Shown here: piece by piece, positions 13,546-27,865 of the stretch
Numbering within the stretch: the first letter of the stretch is position 1
Layout: each line of letters starts with the position of its first letter
Assembly (NCBI RefSeq): GCF_006345805.1
Contig: NC_043006.1
Span: 72,850,001 to 72,914,000, forward strand
DNA: 64,000 bases
Direction: 5' to 3'
Source: Octopus sinensis
Lineage: Eukaryota
Program-made: the position numbers and the translations under genes
The notes under the pieces: model-generated
Seen by the model: the letters and a program-made list of their open reading frames with translations, nothing else
The model's database searches: none
Told to the model about the DNA's origin: nothing

Positions 13546-14651
13546 TTAAAATGTTATCAATCATTAAATTAATGTTGTCTTATCATCATCTAATGTCCAC
13601 CTTCCATGCTAGCATTGGTGGGATGGTTTCACAAGAGCAGGGTAGGCCGAAGCCTGCACCAGACTTCTTGTTGCATAATTAGAAATAATTAGATAGCCAA
13701 ACTGTAGTTTTCTAGAACAAAACAAATACTGGGAAGTGACACATTAAAATTTCAAGGGATTTTCTAATGAGGGATTTGGTCCTTTGAATGCTTGTAACAG
13801 AGTGGACAAGTGATAGCAGTTAGAGCTGGTTTTGTTTCATATCTGTTGTTCCATGCTGGCATGGGTCACACAAATACATATTAATGAGGCATTTTTTTTT
13901 ATAGATAGACTCCCTTCTTGTCACTAACCCTTAACTGTACTTCAAGTAAGGGAGAACTCGTTCTGCTTGTCGTTCACTGGGTGATTGGTTAACAGGGAAA
14001 TGTTGACAAACACCACTGCCTACAGTCCAGGGATTTTACAGAAATGCACAGAATTTTAATACTCTCTCACTCACACCCACACACAGTGGGCTTTGTACAG
14101 TTTCTACCGAAGGCACTCACAAAGCATTTGTCAGTTTGGGACTATAATAGAAGACATTTGCTCAAAGTGTTGTACTGTAGGATTGAACCCAGCACCATGC
14201 TGTTGCAAAGCAGACTTCCTAATCACTCAGCCATGCGTCAGATTAAATGTGTTACTCTTAATCTATGATAACAAATATAATATTGATTGCTTGTTAGAAA
14301 TAGATAATGTATGTGTACTTTTGTTATTGAACTTAGATAAAATTAGATATTGATTTATGGAGTTGTTATTTCTGATTATGACTTTCCTAGAGGAAAAAAA
14401 ATTTATATTTTATCTTACATCATTGAAAACTGATAGGAACTGGCATGGTTGGATGGTTAAGAGGTTTGCTTCACAACTGCATAGTTTCAGGTTCAGTTCC
14501 ACTGTGAGGTACTTTGGGCAAGTGTCTTCTATGACCCCAGGCAGACCAGTGCTTTGTATGTGAATTTGGTAGATGGAAACTGTAAGAAGGCTTCTTGTAA
14601 ATGTGTTTGTATGAATGTGTATATATGTCTAAGTATGTATTTGATATATAC

Positions 14652-14693
<42 letters not shown>

Positions 14694-17489
14694 AGTGTTT
14701 GTATAGCTTTGTTTTGACACTTATATTCTGTTTGTGAGTAGTAACTGTTTGTACTAAGACATTGTCCTTTAGCTGCAATCTTCCATGTAGACATGTCCCG
14801 TCAATGAACTGTTTATGTTCAAAGGAGTAGAGGAAATAATACCTTTCTTGGAAACAAGAGAGGGTTGGTGACAGAGTATCTGGCCATAGAAAATATGCAT
14901 CAATGAATTTTGTCTGACTTACGCAAGCATGGAAAGTAACTGGTAAAATGATGATTATGTTTAATTAAGAACTCATTTTTTAAAATTTAATTCTTTTGAC
15001 AAACCAAAGACACATAACTGTCTGAAATAGCAGTGCATTTGATTATATATCTGTTGTTTGCTGCCTTATATATTTTCTTAGATGTTTGTTAACTAGCATG
15101 CTATTGAGAATAGTTCTGAATGCTCAGGTGTAGACATAGCTATGTGATTAGGCTACTTGTTTTGCAGCTATGTGGTTTCAGGTTCAATACCACTGCACAG
15201 CACTTTAAGCAAGTGTCTTCTACTAAAGCCGTAGGCTGACCAATGTTCTTGTGAGTGAATTTGGTAGGTGGAAACTGAATGAAGGCCATCCATTCCCTCC
15301 TCCTTCACACTTACCCATGACATTGCTCTTCCTCTTTCGTATCACCTCTCTCTTCTTTACTCCTACCCCCAACAATGTACCCACTAATATTCTCCCCATT
15401 ATCATCCTCTGACAATAAATTTGTTCCTTCTGTCATTATGGATCTTTTTTGCTTTGCAAACTTCAAGGCAACCCCAACAATGCTGGTGTCACAAAAAGCA
15501 CCAAGTACATTTTGTAAGTGACTGGTAATTGATCTGACACGGCATAGCTTGAGAAGGCGCTTTAATTTTGTTGATGACAAGGCATCTTCTATATTGCTAG
15601 ATCCATGGAAAAAATACAATCAGTATACACTGTAAAGTGGTTGGTATCAGAAAGGATATCCAGCTATAAAAAAAAATCCCATGCCAAACATGACACTTTG
15701 GAGAAAGATGTGGTCCTGCAGCTTGTTGGGCCCTGTCTAACCATTTTACCCATACCAACACTGGAAACCTATATTTGATGACGCGTGTCTGTGTGTGTGT
15801 GTGAAAGGTTACATTCTAAGCTTGTATAAAAAAATTGATAATTCTGTGCTTAACAAAAACAGGAGGAATGAAAATTCCCTTCACTTGAACAACAGGTTAA
15901 GGGTTAATGACAGGAAAGGCATCTAGCTGTAAGCAATGCCTCAGCAATAGATATTTGTGTAACCCGTACTTGTTTGGTAAAAAATAGATGTAAAATGAAC
16001 CAACAAACTCAGTTGCATTGATACTCTGCTGTTATTCGAGTGATTGTTGCTTCTATAAAAAGAAGACACATGCTTAGATAGATAATTAACATGCTTCATA
16101 GATTTCGGGTATGTATAATACCTGCAGGTTGACTAGATCAAGTAGATAGTGGAAAGCTTGGTTTGTTGATGGAATTAATACTATGCAGTACTTTGCTTCT
16201 TTGATGAAAGATTTTGTTGTTGCCTCTTAGTATATTAGCTTACCAAACCCAAGTTGATAAATTATCCTTGAGTTGGTGTTTTGTCAATTTGAGCACCCTC
16301 TTGTCTTAATGAAATGGTAATGAAGTAAATGAGAGATCCCCTTTGTAGTCACTTGAACTGTTAGAAATAGCAGCTAATTCTTCCTCAAATGGCATAACCT
16401 GCTGAATTAGAAAAGTATGACATATTGGCCCGGAGGGCACTGCACTCTGGGTTAAACCTGGGATGGTCATAACAGAGAAGTTTGTCATGTGTGTGTGTGT
16501 TTAGGGCTGCACACCTACCAAATTGCACGCATAAAATATTGAGTAACCTAAGGCAATAATGGCTATCCAAGGTGGTACTAGTTCCAGGAGTAAGGTTTGA
16601 ACCGGCAAACACTTGGTCTATATTCCCATGACTTAATTTCACTTTCAGTCCTTTTCTCAGTAGTCTCAGTTAGGCTACTTCCTTTCCTCCATAATGAATT
16701 TAATTACGTAGTTACAAGAATTTGTTGTAGTAGTAGTAAATACTAAGAACATGCTGTCAGAGCTATGTCTGATTGTTGGTTGTGACACAGACAGACATGA
16801 AGTTTGGATTATTTGCTGAGGTCTTCTTCATTGAGTTCAGCAGCAGCAGTTTTTAGTCCTCCTCTTCTCCTTGAATGTGTGTGTGTGTGTCTGTCTGCTC
16901 TACACTGGCTGTAAGAAGAATAACAACTAAAGTAAAAGCTGACAAACTACCTATGAAATGTGTGTTTGTGTGTGTGAAGATTTGTATGTATTTGTATATC
17001 TGAGTCTCGGTATTGATGGCAAACCAGTCTGGTCTTTGAATGTAAACCCTTGGGATCTGACTTTTACTGCTGTGTGAAGAAAAGACAATCATCTATGCAT
17101 GCGTGGGTGTGGTTAGTTAAGTAGAAGCTCTGTAGTTTCAAAATCAATATTGCTTCACAGCACCTTGGGCAAATGTCTTCTGTAACCTTGGGCTGTCCAA
17201 ACTTATATGAGTGGATTTACCTGATGGAAACTGAAAGAAGCCCATTATTTTGTGTCTGTGCGTTTCTGTATGTTATTCTCTTCTTGCCTTGACATAGCTT
17301 GATAGTTGTTAACAAGTGTCACAGTTATGCAATCAGTGTTCTTTATTTTCAGTTTTCTGTGAAAACATGTCTGACCCTATCTGGAAACAGGTTGAGTCTG
17401 GTAACAGAAAGGGTATCTGGCTGTAAAAAAATTTGCCTTGACAATTTCCATCTGACCAATGGAAAAGTGGATGGAAAAACAATCATCGT

Positions 17490-17810
17490 CATCGTTTAAC
17501 ATCTGTTTTCCATGCTAGCATGGGTCGGACAGTTCGATCGGAGTCTGGGAAGCTAGGATGCTGCACCAGGCTCCAGTCTGATCTGGCAGAGTTTCTACAG
17601 CTGGATACCCTTCCTAATGCCAACCACTCCATGAGTGTAGTGGGTGCTTTTTAGGTGCCACCAGCACAGGGGCCAAAGGAGGCTGGCAAATGACCATGAT
17701 CGGTTGGTGCTTTTTACGTGTCACCGACACGGATGCCAGTCAGGTGGCGCTGGCATCGGCCACGTTCGGATGGTGCTTTTTACGTGCCACCAGCACGGGT
17801 ATGTCTCAGT
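17490..17810 (-). mobile_element. SINE-C
   Basis: (CAT)n start, GGATACCCTTCCTAATGCCAACC block, subrepeats. Confidence 0.85.
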
Positions 17811-18718
17811 GCATCCTTTCAGATAATTTTTTCTTAGCCATCTCCAAGTATTGATCTTGTCTTTTCCTTCAATTTCTCTGAGGTAATTGCTCATGCAGTG
17901 ATTTCATTTTCCAATTGTTTACCCATTCTTTTTCATTAAATTATCATTATTATTATTAAGAAGAATGTACATCGTCATTATTATTTTATGTCCGTCTTCC
18001 ATGCTGGTGTGGTTCACCAGGATCCAACAAGCCAGAGGGATGTGTTGGATTTCAGTGTTTGCTTTGACTAAGTTTCCATGGTTGTATTCCCTTCCTAAAG
18101 ACAACCACTTCACAGAGTGTACTGGATGCTTTTTTCATGGCACCAATAACAGAGTGGGGATACATATTGAGTGAGGTGGCTTTGTGCCAAGTATTGAGAG
18201 GACAAAATATAGGGGGTCAGGAACAGGTGTCTTGCTATAGAGGAGATGCATGGCTACCACAGCAGGAAAGAGAGAAAGGATAGGTGAACTGAAGTGTCAG
18301 GGTTTATCCTAAATATACAAGAAGGTGAATAAATAAAGAGAGAGAGAGAGTGTGTGTAAGGGCCAAGAACTAAGGACTGATTATGTTTATTTATGTGAAA
18401 CTCAAACTAATGGAAATGATATCAACCAAGACGAGGAGGTTTTTGGTATTGCAAATATTTCTGTAAATATCTTAAGTTTTTGGATGTGAATGGTGGTTAA
18501 AAATAGACAAAAAGGAAGTTCTCTGTCTGTGTGTCTGCCTGTCTTTCTCTCTTTCTCTTCATTTCTTCCTTCCTCTCTCATCGCCATCAGTACTATAAAG
18601 TAAAACTGTCTTCCTGTGACGTAAACATAGTTTTAAAATCGTTTGTTTTTCTTTCTAAGATATTTCAAGAAGCATATGAAGTTTGTACATGCAGATTCTT
18701 ACTTTGACTACTGGAAAA

Positions 18719-18886
18719 ATGATGATGATGATGATGATGTTGGTGATGGTGGTGTTAATGATGATGATGATGATGATGATGGTGGTAGTGACAATGACAA
18801 ATTGTGATGGTGGCAATGACTGTAATGATGATAATTATGATGATGAGGACGGTATATTTACGTAATCAAATATTTTGGCATACATC

Positions 18887-18917
<31 letters not shown>

Positions 18918-18920
18918 CCA
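18719..18920. repeat. (GAT/GGT)n followed by complementary (CAC/CAT)n microsatellites
   Basis: Direct reading; the two tracts can base-pair across about 90 nt. Confidence 0.9.
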
Positions 18921-19334
18921 TTGTTAAACAACTGATTCTCTTGTTTGATTTAGTAGAGTTAGCACAAAGTAACCAAACGCTTAACAGAAGGAAAGCAGGA
19001 AGGAAGAAGGGGGACAGAGATTGGACTATGACTAACAAGCATTATATTTGCTGTTGTCTTAAATATTTTGTATTATTATTATTATTATTTTGCTTATAGA
19101 TATTTATTTTGCTATCAGTCTGAACTGTTATTGCAATATGGGTTATATTGATTGACATAGCTTTCCAGTGTGGAGTACAACACTACTCAACACCCATTGT
19201 AGTAAGCTGTTGGTTTAATTAAACTTCAGATTAATGAAAAGTTAAGTCGTCTCATACATTCCTCTTCATCATAAGATTTGGTATCACATCAATGCTGTCA
19301 GGGGAAGAGACTTTATTCATTTGCAATGTATTTA

Positions 19335-19665
19335 GAGGTGCTGGCATGGCTGTGTGGTGAGACATTTGCTTACCAACCACATGGTTCCAGGTTCACTCCG
19401 ACTGCATGGTACTTTGGGCAAGTGTCTTCTACTATAGCCTCAGGCCGACCAAAGCCTTGCGAGTGAATTAGAAACAGAAAAGAGCCCATTGTGTGTGTGT
19501 GTCCCCCACTCCTTGATGACTGGTGTTGGTGTGTTTATATTCCTGTAACTTAGTGGTTCTTCAAAAGACATTGATAGAATAGGTATCAAGCTTAAAAGAT
19601 AAGTACTGGGACTGATTCATTTGACTAAGATTCTTCAAGATGGTGCTCCAGCATGGCTGCAGTCT
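19335..19665 (+). mobile_element. SINE-A-related, diverged
   Basis: Head and tail motifs present with many substitutions. Confidence 0.7.
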
Positions 19666-20184
19666 ACCACAAGGCATTTTGTCCCACACCTTAGCGATTT
19701 TGCCAATCCAGTGGACATATGCATTTTTTATGCCAATTTGAAGAAGACCAAACATTCTTAAAAGTGGTGAACTGGCAGAGTTGTTTAACACATTGAACAG
19801 AATGCTTAGTGGCATTTCTTCCGCCTCTTGACATTCTGAGTTCAAATCTCACCGAGGTCAACTTTTACTTTCATCTCTTTGGGTGGGCAATTAAACAAAG
19901 TACCACTTGAGTGTGGGATTGATGAATTTGACTTGTCCTCTGCCTTCAAAATTGTTGGCCTCAAACCCTACGATAGACTGATGTCCCATTCAGATGGAAT
20001 GTTATACCCTGTCACTTGTATGTCATGGAAACCAGATAACCAGCCCTGTGATTCTTAGGGCTCAAGAAAGAAAAAAAATAATAATAAAGACATTTTTTAG
20101 GGAAAGGTGTAGTAGAATTTCTTAACCCCAGTACTTACTTAACTGGTGCTTAACTCTATTCATGATTTTATTTCTAATGGAATA

Positions 20185-20480
20185 CACGGGGCCATATTAA
20201 GACCCATAGGGGTTTTAAGCACTTAAAAGATTTTGGTGCCCCTGCTTATATGTAATTTAAAATATAAACAATAATAAACCATAAAATATTTTTGAATTTT
20301 TTTTAAATGAAATAAAACTAACAGTTAGATGGAAAATAATGTTTATTTCTGTATACCTCCACACTTTATTTATATTGAAAAGTTTTCTCCTACTTTTTTT
20401 TAATTGCAAAATCTTTGATCAGATCCTCAAAATTAATCTTACATAACACATCTGCTTCTATACTTAATAGAGATAAGCCA
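20185..20480. mobile_element. Possible hAT-like MITE end
   Basis: CACGGGGCCATATTAAGACCC...GGTGCCCC start resembles hAT termini; other end not found. Confidence 0.25.
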
Positions 20481-21886
20481 TTCCAAATATTATTTTAGCA
20501 ACTTTAAAGTGATTTCTATTGTACCATAAACCATTTACCATTTCTGTGATGTTCCCTTCATTCCTTTGATTATTTTGCTTAATGGTTAATTCAGCGCTAG
20601 GCATACATTGCATTTCAGTAAATTTTGAAAATCAAGAATTTGAATGGATATCGTTAAAACAACTAACCTTTCATCTTTATTTAGTTGGTGTTTGGGAACT
20701 AAAAATTTGTTACATAAAATAATGATGGTTGACTTTAATTTAAGCCCCACCATTGGCTCGTGTGGTATTCATTTTAACCCTTTTATTACCATATTTTTGT
20801 TGAAATGCAGTACCTCTGTTTCAGTTTAATTTTTAAAATAATGAAGAATTTAGTGAAATAACTTTGTCATCATTAAACTGGTATTTGAACATAAATAAAC
20901 TTGAATTTTTAATGGATGGTTTTAATTGAGATAATTTTAAAACAAGGTATTCATGGAACAAGTGGGTAGTCTGAGGCACATTGGTATTCAAAAGGTTTTA
21001 AATAAGGAAAGGACATGTTAGACACTTGTGAATGGAATGCCTCAGATAATAAATTTACTTTCATCATCATCATCATCGTTGAACGTCTGCTTTCCATGCT
21101 AGCATGGGTTGGACGATTTGACTGAGGTCTGGCGAACCAGATGGCTGCACCAGACTCCAGTCTGATCTGGCTGAGTTTCTAGAGCTGGGTGCCCTTCTTA
21201 ACACCTTTGTCAAGGCATATGTAAAGCTGAACACCAGCAACTACAACAACAACACTGATTGAAGACTTCTGTCTCAAACTGGTTAACTCTATGCTTCTTG
21301 TTCATCTCATGAGGTATTGTCATTGCTGTAGGTAACTCTTTGAACAGAGCTGTTGAGTCAAAAGTTGCAGAGATGGAACTACAGTTGAAGACTTTTGTGT
21401 ATCAACCCCACAGACCTGCTTTTAACATTTCTTAAAATGAGAATGTTTTAGATTTGTCTTCTGAATTCTAACTAATGATAAACGCTGGAAAAGAAAAGTA
21501 CAAAGTCTTTGAAATTGGATATTATGAAAGTTTTTGTTGCTGTTGTTGTCCTTCATGTTACATGATTTTCTGGTGTTGATGATATATAAGATAACCTTTT
21601 TACAAACTGAGTCAGCTGTAGTTGTGCTGTTATCTTAAAGAAATGTTTGTTATGTTATGTGTACCTTTGTCTGCATGTTATATATACTTGTGCACAATTT
21701 AGGGTTTCTTCTTTCTGCTCCTTGCTTTATCTACATTAACCATAATTCCTTTACGTGGAATGTTAGCATATTTATTTTTTAAGAATTGTTTTAGGAGGTT
21801 AGAGAGATGTAGGATTTTTAAAATTAAATCTTTTGCAGATGTCACCCACTATTAACAATATACTTTTTTGTTGCATTAAAAAATAC

Positions 21887-21888
<2 letters not shown>

Positions 21889-21942
<54 letters not shown>
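21889..21942. repeat. (AT)n microsatellite
   Basis: Direct reading. Confidence 0.95.
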
Positions 21943-21944
<2 letters not shown>

Positions 21945-23633
21945 CTTTGACTTTGGAGAAGTCACTGAGAAGGTCGTGAATAATGATGAAAGAACTTTGA
22001 CTGACTAACAACCAACTGATTGTTCAATTAGCACATTAAGCAAATGATTGATTAGTTAGTTGCTTAGATATTTAACCAGTTAACTAACAATAAAGAAGTG
22101 ATATTGCGCCAGTGCGTGTGTTATTAGCATAATGATCCCCCCACTACATACACACAAATGTGCACACACACACATACACACACAAACACACATTGAATTG
22201 CAAGTCAAATAGTTTGAGTAATTCTTTCAATAAAATCATGGCTGAACTGTTTCTCCCATCCAAATTGTACATTGTTCATTTTGAGAGTTTGTTTGACTAT
22301 CTCCCTCTTTCTCACTAGTATCTTTCTAAAGATTGTGATTGAATCCACTTTTACCATTTCCATTTAGATAAAAGCCCATAAATCAAAAAATTGGAGTTTC
22401 TACACAATGACTCAACTTCTTAGAAATAGCAACCAAATCTCTCTCAAAACATGTATGAAAAAAATGGAAGGGCACATCGGATAAAAGGGAAGCTTGGTCC
22501 GAAAACATGATACATCGGTCATATCTGGAATTCATTTGATCATAATGCTGTTTTAAAAGGACATGCTAGGGGCTGAACTAACAAATATACTCCATCAGCA
22601 ATAATAAAATCCTGTCAATGCATAAAGCTTGGTCACTCTCTGCACCCAACTTCCTCTTATTCTACATGCTGCCTCAACTTTCCAAGAATTTTGTCCATCA
22701 TTACTTCTAGAAATGTATCCTTTTGTGATCTAGTTCTGCTACTCCCACAAGTGCTAACCTGCAGCAATTTAAATTGACCATGAACTGCACTGATGCACAT
22801 TTCCATTCCTTAGGGTGAGCTAGCAGGACTGTTAAGAGCATCAGATAAAATGCATGCTTTGTGGTATTGGGTCCCAGTTCAATTTCTGTTCAGGTCAAAC
22901 TTTGCCTTTTATTTTTTTTCTCTGTGGATAAAAAAAGTACCAATCCAGGAAAGTGCATCAGAAGTGTAAGAATGTTGGACTGGATGCCTTGCAATATTTG
23001 TTGCAGCTTTGCTTTCTGAGTTCAAATCCCTCCATGATCATCCTGTTTAACACCCCACCTGGTACCTTAGCCATGCTGTTGCAAGCATTCAGGTCAGGTC
23101 TCTAGAATGAGGGTACCTTATTCCCTCCTGTCAGCTTCAGAAGTGTTTTTTATGATCAAGTGCCTTAATCTCTCTGGATTAAAAGATTAACCCCACCGCC
23201 CTACAGTAAGGGAGGAGAGGTTAATCTTTTAGTCACGAGAGAAGGTAATGCTTTCCTTTTTATTTAGACTTATCTTTATTTATGTGTGCTGATACAGATA
23301 ACTGGAATTTTTATCATTGGCATAAGGTCCACTCATTTCGGTATAGCTTGCCTATTATATTGATTGTAGCATTTGACAATTATTTATTTCATTGATCCCC
23401 AACAGATATCTATCTGTAAATCTATTTTTATGTATGTGTTACACACACACCTAGGCTTTGCATAGTTTCTCTCAAATTTGATTCACAAAGCCATGATCAG
23501 AGACTGTAGGCTTGAATCTGATCTGAAGCATACAACCAAGCTATTAATACTTTTGTCACCATATTTATTATAGTTTTTTTTCTTTCTTTCAAACTGTCGT
23601 TTTAATTATCTCTTTATTTGTTTTCATTTCCAG

Positions 23634-23691
23634 AATTTTGATCTCCATTTTCTATTGCTGTTAAATATATTTTGAATGACCACAAAGCAAG
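23634..23691 (+). other. 5' UTR part of first coding exon (upstream non-coding exon not located)
   Basis: Pyrimidine tract and acceptor tttgttttcatttccag ending 23633; in-frame TAA at 23662-23664 upstream of ATG 23692. Confidence 0.7.
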
Positions 23692-24317
23692 ATGTCTGCA
23701 ATTAATGGAACTGAATATAAACTGAAATCAAAAAATCATCCTCGTCGCAGTGCTGAAGCCCAAGCGTACGCCTTAAGAGTCCGTGATGGAACTGGAAATT
23801 TATTTGGTACCAGCAACACACAGAATGGTGATGCTTCTCCCAGAGGTGGCGTACGTCTCCGAACAGCAGAAGCAAAACGCAATTATGACCTTAATAAAGG
23901 ATGCATGACTGAAGTGATGGGTGGTGGATTGAGCAGTTCTGAAAACCAGCCTCCAGCAGTTAACCAAAGTGAAAGTTTTCGTACAGCTGAAAGCAACAAA
24001 GGTGAAGCTATGCGTAACCTAATGGATAAATATGGAGAGTTAGATATCATTGATCGTCCTATACCAAAGCTGAAAGGCGAAGATGCTCAACATTATGCTG
24101 ACCGAAACCATGGCACTGTGGATATTTTGTTCCACAACTATGGCAACAATGAAAATATTCCAAATCCTCCTGTCGCACAGCGATTGGGCCAAGGGGCTCT
24201 TGAAAATGCCAAGAAAAATCTTGGTGCAGAGATGGGACCTTTGTTACGTATGGAAGGTGAAAAACCAGTTGCCAATGTAAAATATAGCCGTCTTCACCAA
24301 GAGTCCAAGAATGCCTC
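23692..24317 (+). CDS. Coding exon 1 of an uncharacterised repeat-containing protein (MSAINGTEYK...ESKNA S)
   Basis: 209-codon ORF with balanced composition in AT-rich DNA; ATG context AAGATG (A at -3); donor TC|GTAAGT at 24317/24318, phase 2; five internal motif repeats. Confidence 0.9.
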
Positions 24318-24922
24318 GTAAGTACCATTCTGTTATTTTTGTGATTTGTGTTTAGATATGCACTATTATATATATCTACAGTAGTTGATAGCATAAAAGT
24401 TGCACAAGCATATAAGATGCACCCTTACTTCAGCAGTGCATATTCAGAAAAAGAAGTTTTCACTGCATTAAAACTTGTAATATTTAAAGCAACTTTGCAT
24501 ATAGAACTTGGGGTGGTATTTCTTTGAGACATTACTTTTTTGGGGAAAAAAGTGCACTTTTGTATATCGTCAAATAAAATACACTTAACTAACTTTCATC
24601 TGACATCCCATTGGTTACAACGATGAGTTTGCTAGTTGATCTGATCGATGGAATAGCTTGCTTGTGAAATTAATGTGCAAGTGGCTGAGCACTCCACAGA
24701 CACATGTACCCATAGTATAGCTCCAAGGGAGATCCAGCATTATACAGAATGTGACATGGCTGGTCCTTTGAAATACAGGTAAAACTGATTTTTGCTGGCT
24801 GTGTATTCTGGTGCAATGTGAAATGAAGCATCTTGCTCAAGGATACAATGTGCCTCCAGAAACCAAACTCAAGACCTTACAATTGTGAGTCAAACACCCT
24901 AACTAATAAGCCATGTGCTTTT

Positions 24923-25150
24923 ACTCTTTTACTCGTTTCTGTCATTTTCACTGTGGCCATGCTAGAGCACCGCCTTTAGTTGAGCAAATCGACCCCAGGA
25001 CTTATTCTTTGTAAGCCCAGTACTTATTCTATTGGTCTCTGTTGCCGAACCACTAAGTTACTGGGATGTAAACACACCAGCATCAGTTGTCAAGCGATGT
25101 TGGGGGGACAAACGCAGACACACAAACATACACCCCCCTCATATATATAT

Positions 25151-25224
<74 letters not shown>

Positions 25225-25384
25225 GACGGGCTTCTTTCAGTTTCTGTCTACTAAATCTACTCACAAGGCTTTGGTTGGCCCGAGTCTATAGAAGACACTT
25301 GCCCAAGGTTCCACGCAGTGGGATTGAACCCGGAACCATGTGGTTGGTAAGCAAGCTACTTACCACACAGCCACTCCTGCGCCT
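24923..25384 (-). mobile_element. SINE-A full length
   Basis: Family consensus match with long (TA)n. Confidence 0.9.
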
Positions 25385-25914
25385 TCACTAAAATTCAATA
25401 TGTGCATATAATTCTATCCTAAAATTGACCGTTCCCTTTTTTCTTTGTGTATTGGAATGGGTTGGATGGATATTTATTTGAGGTTGTATTTTACAGCCAG
25501 GTGCTCTTCCTGTTGCCAACTCTTACTTTTATTCTTCTAAACTTTGAAAGCACACAGTTTCTTCACTGAGAATGAAAACATGACATCACTGCTTTTTGCC
25601 TAGGTCTTGTATAAAGAAAAGGAACTGACATGTGAACACACTCACAACACAACAGGTTTCTGTACAGTTTTTATCCTCTAATTCCACTCACAAGTCTGGA
25701 AGTTTGCCATCTGCTTATAAGGGTTAAAAGTAGAAGTCGATGGCAAGATTGAGGGCTGTAATTTGATCTGGGTTGAGTGGTGAGGTGTGAGAGTTTGGAA
25801 CCCAAGCTAGAAGCATAAATATTTCTGCCTATCCCAACATATATTCAACTGGGACCAAATTAAACCCCTCAATCTCAGTACTGACTTCTATTTTTTACTG
25901 AGATACATGATTAA

Positions 25915-26135
25915 CCCTTTCATTACTGTATTTATTTTGAGATACTCTGTTTTTCTTTCAATTACTTTAAATATAACCAAGAATTTAGTAAAATAACTTA
26001 GTTATCATTCAGCTAGTGTTAGGAATATAAATTGTGTCTAAAGTTTGGTGGAAGATTTTAATTCAAAACTTATGAAAAACAAGACATTTGTACTTAGAGC
26101 CAGAGCCAGTTTCAGCTGGGCTGGTAACAAGAGGG
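25915..26135. mobile_element. piggyBac-type MITE family 1 (opposite orientation)
   Basis: TTAA|CCCTTTCATTAC ... GAGGG|TTAA; homologous to 13324-13545. Confidence 0.85.
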
Positions 26136-26415
26136 TTAAAACAGAAAGTAGGTTGATATCAAACTATTCTATCAAACTTTAGAAAATCTCAGTTATAATA
26201 AAAAAAAAAAGAAGCATTATATAAGCATAATACACTTTTAAGACTTGATTGTAATAAATAGGTACCATGAACAATAAACAAATACTTAATATGAAACTTA
26301 AAACAAGCTCAACATATGTGTACACACGCACCTACACATACACACGCATGTATGCATTGGTTGTATATAGCTGCGGGAATTTTATAGTTATACAGATAAA
26401 GCAGTAGTTTATTGA

Positions 26416-26730
26416 CTGGATATTGTTTAGGTTGAGAAGAGGCATGAAAATGTTATTTTATAAGATGCTGCCATTCCAGGTGACCCACAACATGGCTGGC
26501 AAAGAACATAAGAAAATTGTTAATTATTCGGAATATCAGTTGGAAATTTCAAGAATGTGAAACGCACCCACTAGATTAGTGCCAGTAGCAATTGATGCCC
26601 TTGGCTCCATTCCTAACAAGTCAACAACCATGTATCAATGAGCTAAATATAACATCCAACATTGTATCTTTACATAAATCAGCATAATCTTGGAACTGCC
26701 AACATCCTGCAAATGGTACTCTGTCTGAAG
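26416..26730 (+). mobile_element. Degenerate RLE-type non-LTR retrotransposon (R4/Dong-like) endonuclease C-terminus
   Basis: Stop-interrupted translation DIV...DAAIPGD...EHKKIVNYSEYQLEISRM...LVPVAIDALGSIP...LGTANILQMVL resembles the PD-(D/E)xK RLE tail. Confidence 0.6.
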
Positions 26731-27509
26731 TTGTATGACTTTTTTTTTTGTTTGGTTAGTCAGGAAGAAAGGGAATGTCTGTGACTCTTCACAGGGCTTG
26801 CAGAGGGTGGAAGGGACGAAAATATCCTCAGTCTAAAGACCTGGTCTGAAATGCTTACAATAGCATGGACTCCACTACAAGCAACCAAGGTGTCGGGTAC
26901 TATATATTTGATTAAGATCTGAAACCATCTTAAAATAGATGATGATAGCAATAATAATAATGATAATATTAAAGACAGAACTAGAAAGTCGAGAAGTTCC
27001 AAGACCTAGCAAAGTTCACAGTTGGTAGCAATACTTTGAACAGCACGTGTTGAGAAAAGTGTTGCTTCCCTAAGTTGTGGGAAGGAGCTGAGACATGATA
27101 TAGATAACCCAAGAGAAAATAGGAAAATAATTATAATCCTTTCTACTATAGGCACAAGGCCTGAAATTTTGGGAGGTATGGGACTAGTTGATTATATCGA
27201 CTCTTGTACCCAAGTAGTGCTTATTTCATTGACTCCAAAAGGATGAAAGGCAAAACCTACCTCAGCAGAATTTAAATTCAGAATGCAAAGATGGAATAAT
27301 AATAAGAATAATGATGATGGTGATGGTAGTGGTGGTCTTTAATTTAGGTGCAAGACCAGCAGTTTTGAAGTTTGATACCATTGAAACCAATACCAGATTA
27401 GTACTTTATTTTATCAACCCCTCAACTCTGGAGGAATGAAGGTTGACTCTGGTAAAATTTGAACTCAGAACAAATACTGCAAAGCATTTTATCTATAATT
27501 TCTCTGCTA

Positions 27510-27865
27510 TACTCTTTACTCTTTTACTTGTTTCAGTCATTTGACTGTGGCCAAGCTGGAGCACTGCTGAACTCCAGGACTTATTCTTTGTAAGCCTAGT
27601 ACTTATTCTATCGGTCTCTTTTGCCGAGCCGCTAAGTTACGGGGACATAAACACACCAGCATTGGTTGTCAAGCGATGTTGGGGGGACAAACACATATAT
27701 ACGACCGGCATCTTTCAGTTTCCATCTACCTAATACACTCACAAGGCTTTGGTCGGCCCGAGGCTATATTAGAAAACACTTGCCCAAGGTGTCACGCAGT
27801 GGGACTGAACCCGGAACCATGTGGTTGGTAAGCAAGCTACTTACCACACAGCCACTCATACGCCT
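27510..27865 (-). mobile_element. SINE-A
   Basis: Family consensus match. Confidence 0.9.

Noticed and set aside
18590-18680. TATAAAG, TGACGTAA and GTAAACA cluster as candidate promoter of the + gene
   Set aside because: Short motifs in AT-rich DNA and no convincing splice donor linking to 23634.
24318-24321. In-frame stops immediately after donors (also 55511-55513), suggesting truncated isoforms
   Set aside because: Automatic consequence of GTAAGT/GTGAGT in phase-2 introns.
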